From Lytechinus pictus (taxonomy: Eukaryota): 64,000 nt of DNA. The DNA lies in assembly GCF_037042905.1 (NCBI RefSeq), contig NC_087251.1, positions 46,750,001-46,814,000 on the forward strand, in the 5' to 3' direction. The notes beneath the pieces were generated by a model, which did not search any database, had not been told where the DNA came from, and worked only from the letters and a program-made list of their open reading frames with translations. Shown here one piece after another: positions 61,644-64,000 of the stretch. Numbering within the stretch: position 1 is the first letter of the stretch; each line of letters starts with the position of its first letter. The translations under genes were made by a program, and so were the position numbers.

Positions 61644-62290
61644 TATAATATCGTTAGATATTTCTTGATAATTTGAGCAAGTTTGGAGAAAAATTGATAA
61701 ATATTCAAAACTTAGTGAACAAAAATATGACATGATAAAATGTCAAATTTCATGTTTTCGATGTCGGTCGTGCATAATCGATCAGTTTGTAAAGTCTGTA
61801 GACCACGGTAGGGCCTAGAAATATAGAATGAAGAGCGATATGTATTCTAATCAAATTCAAATTGAGACTGATCTCAAATCTAGATCAATATCAATTTGAG
61901 TTTCATTTGATTTTGAATCTAACTCCTGGGCCGATAGACTAGATCTAGATCTATATCGCAAATCTTTGCTAGATCTTAAACTTTAGATGGGCATACCGGT
62001 ACTGAATTCAAGAATACAAAAGTAATAAATTTCATAATATTGTTAAGCAGTGTCTCACAAATAGAATTTCACACAACTTTGTACACTAAATTTATTTTGA
62101 CAAATCTATAAAAAGAATTATCTTCAGTTTGGGACATCTACCTCTGCCATGCATAGTACCGGTCACGTGACTGAAACACACGTTTGAATTTCTATTTCTC
62201 TTTTTCCTTTTCAATTCTACTCACTTTCCAATTTCTCTCATATTAGAACAAAGTTTCTTTTAGTTTGATCACGGGAAACATATTTTGGCG

Positions 62291-62401
62291 ATGTATTGCA
62301 ATCGACTTGTCCGTCCCCCTACCCCCTGGGTCCTGAGACCAATTCCCCGTACTGGGTCAGCTTCTCCGGCCATCAGATCACCGATGGTTAATTCCATGGA
62401 T
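62291..62401 (+). CDS. Probable first coding exon of the coiled-coil gene (exon 62264-62401)
   Basis: ttttag/gtaagc; phase 0 joins in frame to exon 63241. Confidence 0.65.
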
Positions 62402-62634
62402 GTAAGCAAATTATATGCAATTAAAATATGTAAATGAAAGAAAATAAGAATGAAACAAAAAAAAATGAAGAAATAAGTACCAAACTTATCTATGCATCTA
62501 TGTCTTATCTGAGAGGATATGCCATTACATTATGATTGAACAATAATGATATAAAATTTTATCAACGACACCATAATTCTGGATTGAATTTAAATCAAAA
62601 TTGATAATAGAACATTTGCGAACAAAAAGTGAAA

Positions 62635-62945
62635 GATAAATGAATAAAATAATGAATGAAAGATAAGCAAATAACAAATGAATAGATAAATTAATCAACA
62701 AAAAGTAATGAATGAATGAATGAAAATAAACAAATGATCAAAAATAAATGAATGAATAATTTATTAACGAATAAATACATAAATAGATCAAATTTACATA
62801 GATGAATGAACAATCACATGAATACATAAAGGGAAATACACAATAGATTAATGATCAAATAAAAAAATTAATGAAAAATAAGTAAATATAATTAAGAAAT
62901 AAGATTATCAGTGAATAAAAAGAAATGAATAGACAAATAAAATAA
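62635..62945 (+). repeat. Degenerate (AATG/AAAT)n low-complexity tract
   Basis: A-rich tetranucleotide-like periodicity. Confidence 0.8.
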
Positions 62946-63240
62946 TTCAACTACTTCTCAAGCGTGCAATGTGGTGCAATTTCAAAACACAGCTTCTTAT
63001 GCATTTTTTGGCATACAGTCACTAAATTGAAAAAAATGGATAACAGAAACAAATAAAAACCAAAAAACCTCAGAGGCCGCTAGATTTGAAAAATTGAAAA
63101 TTTTATATATAGGTCTAAAATGGTAGGTTAATATTTAGATAATTCACATATTAAATTCTTAAACCCATGAATGCTTTCAGTTAGGCTTTTAAATGTCATC
63201 AATGTAGTATCTTAAAAAAATAATGATCAATTTTAAACAG

Positions 63241-63384
63241 GAGCTGTGTTGGTCTCACCAGGATCCAACTTTCTCCCCATCCGCCATCTCTCCCAACACA
63301 TCAGCTGGCAACATGTCGGGCAAGCTGCTTCTGCAGTGCTTGCAACATTCCCTGGAGAAACAGCAACTTCAGGAAAAGATTGCT
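63241..63384 (+). CDS. Coiled-coil protein exon
   Basis: aaacag/gtacgt; ELCWSHQDPTFSPS...LLLQCLQHSLEKQQLQEKIA; 144 nt, phase 0-0. Confidence 0.75.
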
Positions 63385-63661
63385 GTACGTCTATTTACAA
63401 TCTACCATGTAGATTTCACTTGTACTTTTCAATTTAGGGGAAAATCCTTCAAAAGAAATAAGGATAACATATTTTTAACATAAAAGGTCTAGTGGTATAT
63501 TTTACAAATAAAAGTGGAGAATTCAGCATTGATTGATTTTTCCAATATAGACATCCATGAAATGAAATAAAAAGTAAAAGAAATATATTTTTAGTGATAG
63601 AGTTTTTGTTTTATTCTTGCCACGTGAAAAATACAATTTATTTATTTGATTCAAATCACAG

Positions 63662-63886
63662 AGCCTGGCTTCCCAGCTTGGTGTTGGGCCTGATGGAGAC
63701 AGCGCAGACCTCCTCGCTAAGATCAACTCTCTGGTGACAGAATCAGAGGGAAGGAGGCTACAGGCAGAGAAGAAGGCCAAGGCTTTCCAAGATCGGTTCC
63801 TGGACTCAGAGAGCGAAGTCCAGATCTTGAAGATGGAACTGGCCGAGGCCAGAAAGCAGAGAGATGCTGCTTTAAAGAATCTTCAA
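63662..63886 (+). CDS. Coiled-coil protein exon; gene continues past the right edge
   Basis: tcacag/gtaaat; SLASQLGVG...ESEVQILKMELAEARKQRDAALKNLQ heptads; 225 nt. Confidence 0.8.
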
Positions 63887-64000
63887 GTAAATACTTTCTT
63901 ATTTTTTTCCAATGATTTAACCAGAAGGGATGCAAAGTTTTACTGGACTCATACTTTTTGGAAATAATTTCTTTCATATTTTGATGTACACGATACATAC

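Noticed and set aside
63241..63886. Assigning a gene symbol to the coiled-coil gene
   Set aside because: Only generic heptad sequence is visible, with no motif I recognise

Overview
AT-rich, intron- and transposon-dense animal genomic DNA, most likely sea urchin (inferred from the U2 sequence with a CAAAGAAAGAA 3' box and the SINE/MITE types). Main contents: (1) the 5' half of a GCN2/EIF2AK4 gene on the minus strand, with 17 phase-compatible coding exons from ATG 22905 to 541, continuing off the left edge; (2) an apparently full-length non-LTR retrotransposon (RTEX-like, ~26015-32721) whose PHD-finger ORF1 overlaps an APE-RT-CCHC ORF2 by ~300 nt in the -1 frame across a G_GUU_UUU heptamer; (3) a ~480-codon uncharacterised minus-strand coding exon (40000-41447); (4) an intact U2 snRNA gene (52987-52798, minus), followed by a 5'-truncated, decayed Utopia-type RLE retrotransposon joined to nt 39 of a second U2 copy, within a ~600-bp duplication whose U2 part is almost invariant while the flank has diverged; (5) the start of a plus-strand coiled-coil gene whose probable first coding exon is duplicated. 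The rest is MITEs, tRNA-derived SINEs, LINE tails and microsatellites. I found no CRISPR or prokaryote-type system. The best leads are the putative frameshift signal in the LINE and the architecture of the U2/Utopia locus. All calls were made by eye and no database searches were run.
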